From an uncultured delta proteobacterium (GTDB lineage: Bacteria; Myxococcota_A; Polyangia; Haliangiales; Haliangiaceae), in assembly GCA_963743525.1 (NCBI GenBank), contig CAVUQH010000004.1, forward strand, positions 480,001-544,000: DNA of 64,000 nt, given 5' to 3'. Positions 62,936 through 64,000 of this stretch are shown in pieces; positions within the stretch are counted from its first letter, which is position 1; each line of letters starts with the position of its first letter. The notes under the pieces were generated by a model. It saw nothing but the letters and a program-made list of their open reading frames with translations, was not told the DNA's origin and made no database searches. The position numbers were made by a program, and so were the translations under genes.

Positions 62936-63996
62936 TCAGTCGACCGCGAGGCCCAGGCGCTCGCCGCGGTAGCGCGCGCGCACGGCGTCGGCCCACACCC
63001 GGTGGTCGAGGTACCAGCGCACCGTCTGCTCCAGCCCGCGCTCGAGCGACGTCGTCGCCGCCCAGCCGAGCTCGCCGCGCGCGCGCTGCGAATCGAGAGC
63101 GTAGCGGCGGTCGTGGCCGGGTCGATCGCCGACGTGGGTGATCAATTGCTCGTACGGCGCACCGCCGGGGCGCGCGCGGTCGAGCGCGCGACACAGCAGT
63201 GCGACCACGTCGCGGTTGTCGCGCGGCTCGCCGCCGCCGAGGTTGTAGCAGCGCCCCGGCTCGCCGCGAGTGACGGCACAGACGATGCCGTCGCACGCAT
63301 CGTCGAACGTACAGCCAGCTGCGCTGCTGCAGCCCGTCGCCGTAGATCGGGATCGACTCGCCGCGCAGCGCCTTGTCGATGACCAGGGGAACCAGCTTCT
63401 CGGGGAACTGCCGCGGCCCGTAGCAGTTGGTCGGCAGCGACACCGACACCGGCACGCGGTAGGTGGCGTGCCAGGCCAGCGCCAGATGCTGCTGCGCCGC
63501 CTTGGTCGCCGCGTACGGGTTGTGCGGGCGGATCGGTGCCTCCTCGCCGGCGACCTCCCCCGTCGCGACCGGGCCGTAGACCTCGTCGGTCGAACACCTG
63601 GTGGAACAACACGCCGGTGCGCCCGCGCCAGGCGGCCTGCGCGGCGCGCAAGAGCTCGACCGTGGCGGTCACGTTGGTGGCCAGAAACGGGTCGATGTCG
63701 TCGATCGACCGATCGACATGGGTCTCGGCGGCCAGGTGGACGACGGTGTCGATCGCTTCGCCGGCGATCAGCTCGGCCATATGCGCGCGATCGCCGACAT
63801 CTGCCTCGACCAGTCGGTGGCGCGCGGCGTCGAGCCCGTCCAGGTGCTCGCGGCTGCCGGCGTAGGTCAGCGCATCGACGCTGACGACGCGGCGATCCGG
63901 ATCGCGGAGCAGCGCGCGCACCAGGCTCGAGCCGATGAAGCCGGCGGCGCCGGTGACCAGCACGCTGCGCGGCCGATGGCGCTCAGGAGAAGACAT
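62936..63996 (-). CDS. rfbB: dTDP-glucose 4,6-dehydratase, two frameshifts (~63593, ~63306)
   Basis: TGAAGFIG, DALTYAG, HLAAETHVDRS, (S)TDEVYG, YAATK, YGPRQFPEKL, DRPGHDRRY. Confidence 0.88.
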
Positions 63997-64000
63997 CGGC

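Overview
A very GC-rich, gene-dense bacterial window. The gene content (Ser/Thr kinases, a sigma54 activator, an ECF/FecR-TPR module, many Cys/Gly-rich lipoproteins, a DUF4157 protein) suggests Myxococcota, perhaps Haliangium/Kofleria-like; this is inference. I found no rRNA, tRNA, CRISPR array or transposase. The main feature is a class I benzoyl-CoA reductase operon for anaerobic aromatic ring reduction (had-oah-dch-tetR-bcrCBAD-hemerythrin-GNAT, ~41.9-51.1 kb). It is preceded by an FNR-type box and a palindromic operator. A second FNR-type box precedes tryptophanase, near a Cys-bearing Crp/Fnr regulator. Other sequence-level signals are: (1) an ECF promoter motif repeated three times with fixed spacing, defining a small lipoprotein regulon; (2) a 27-bp direct repeat bracketing a foreign-looking gene; (3) widespread TANNNT-N6/7-start leaderless promoters; (4) a TetR/radical SAM/DUF2878-like/cfa/GGR-family group that may modify lipids; (5) an orphan DUF4157 protein coupled to a glycosyltransferase; (6) an NPC-repeat mini-lipoprotein. 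Several single-base frameshifts (dch, radical SAM, second hemerythrin, rfbB) look like assembly indels. All calls are from motif recognition by eye, without database searches.
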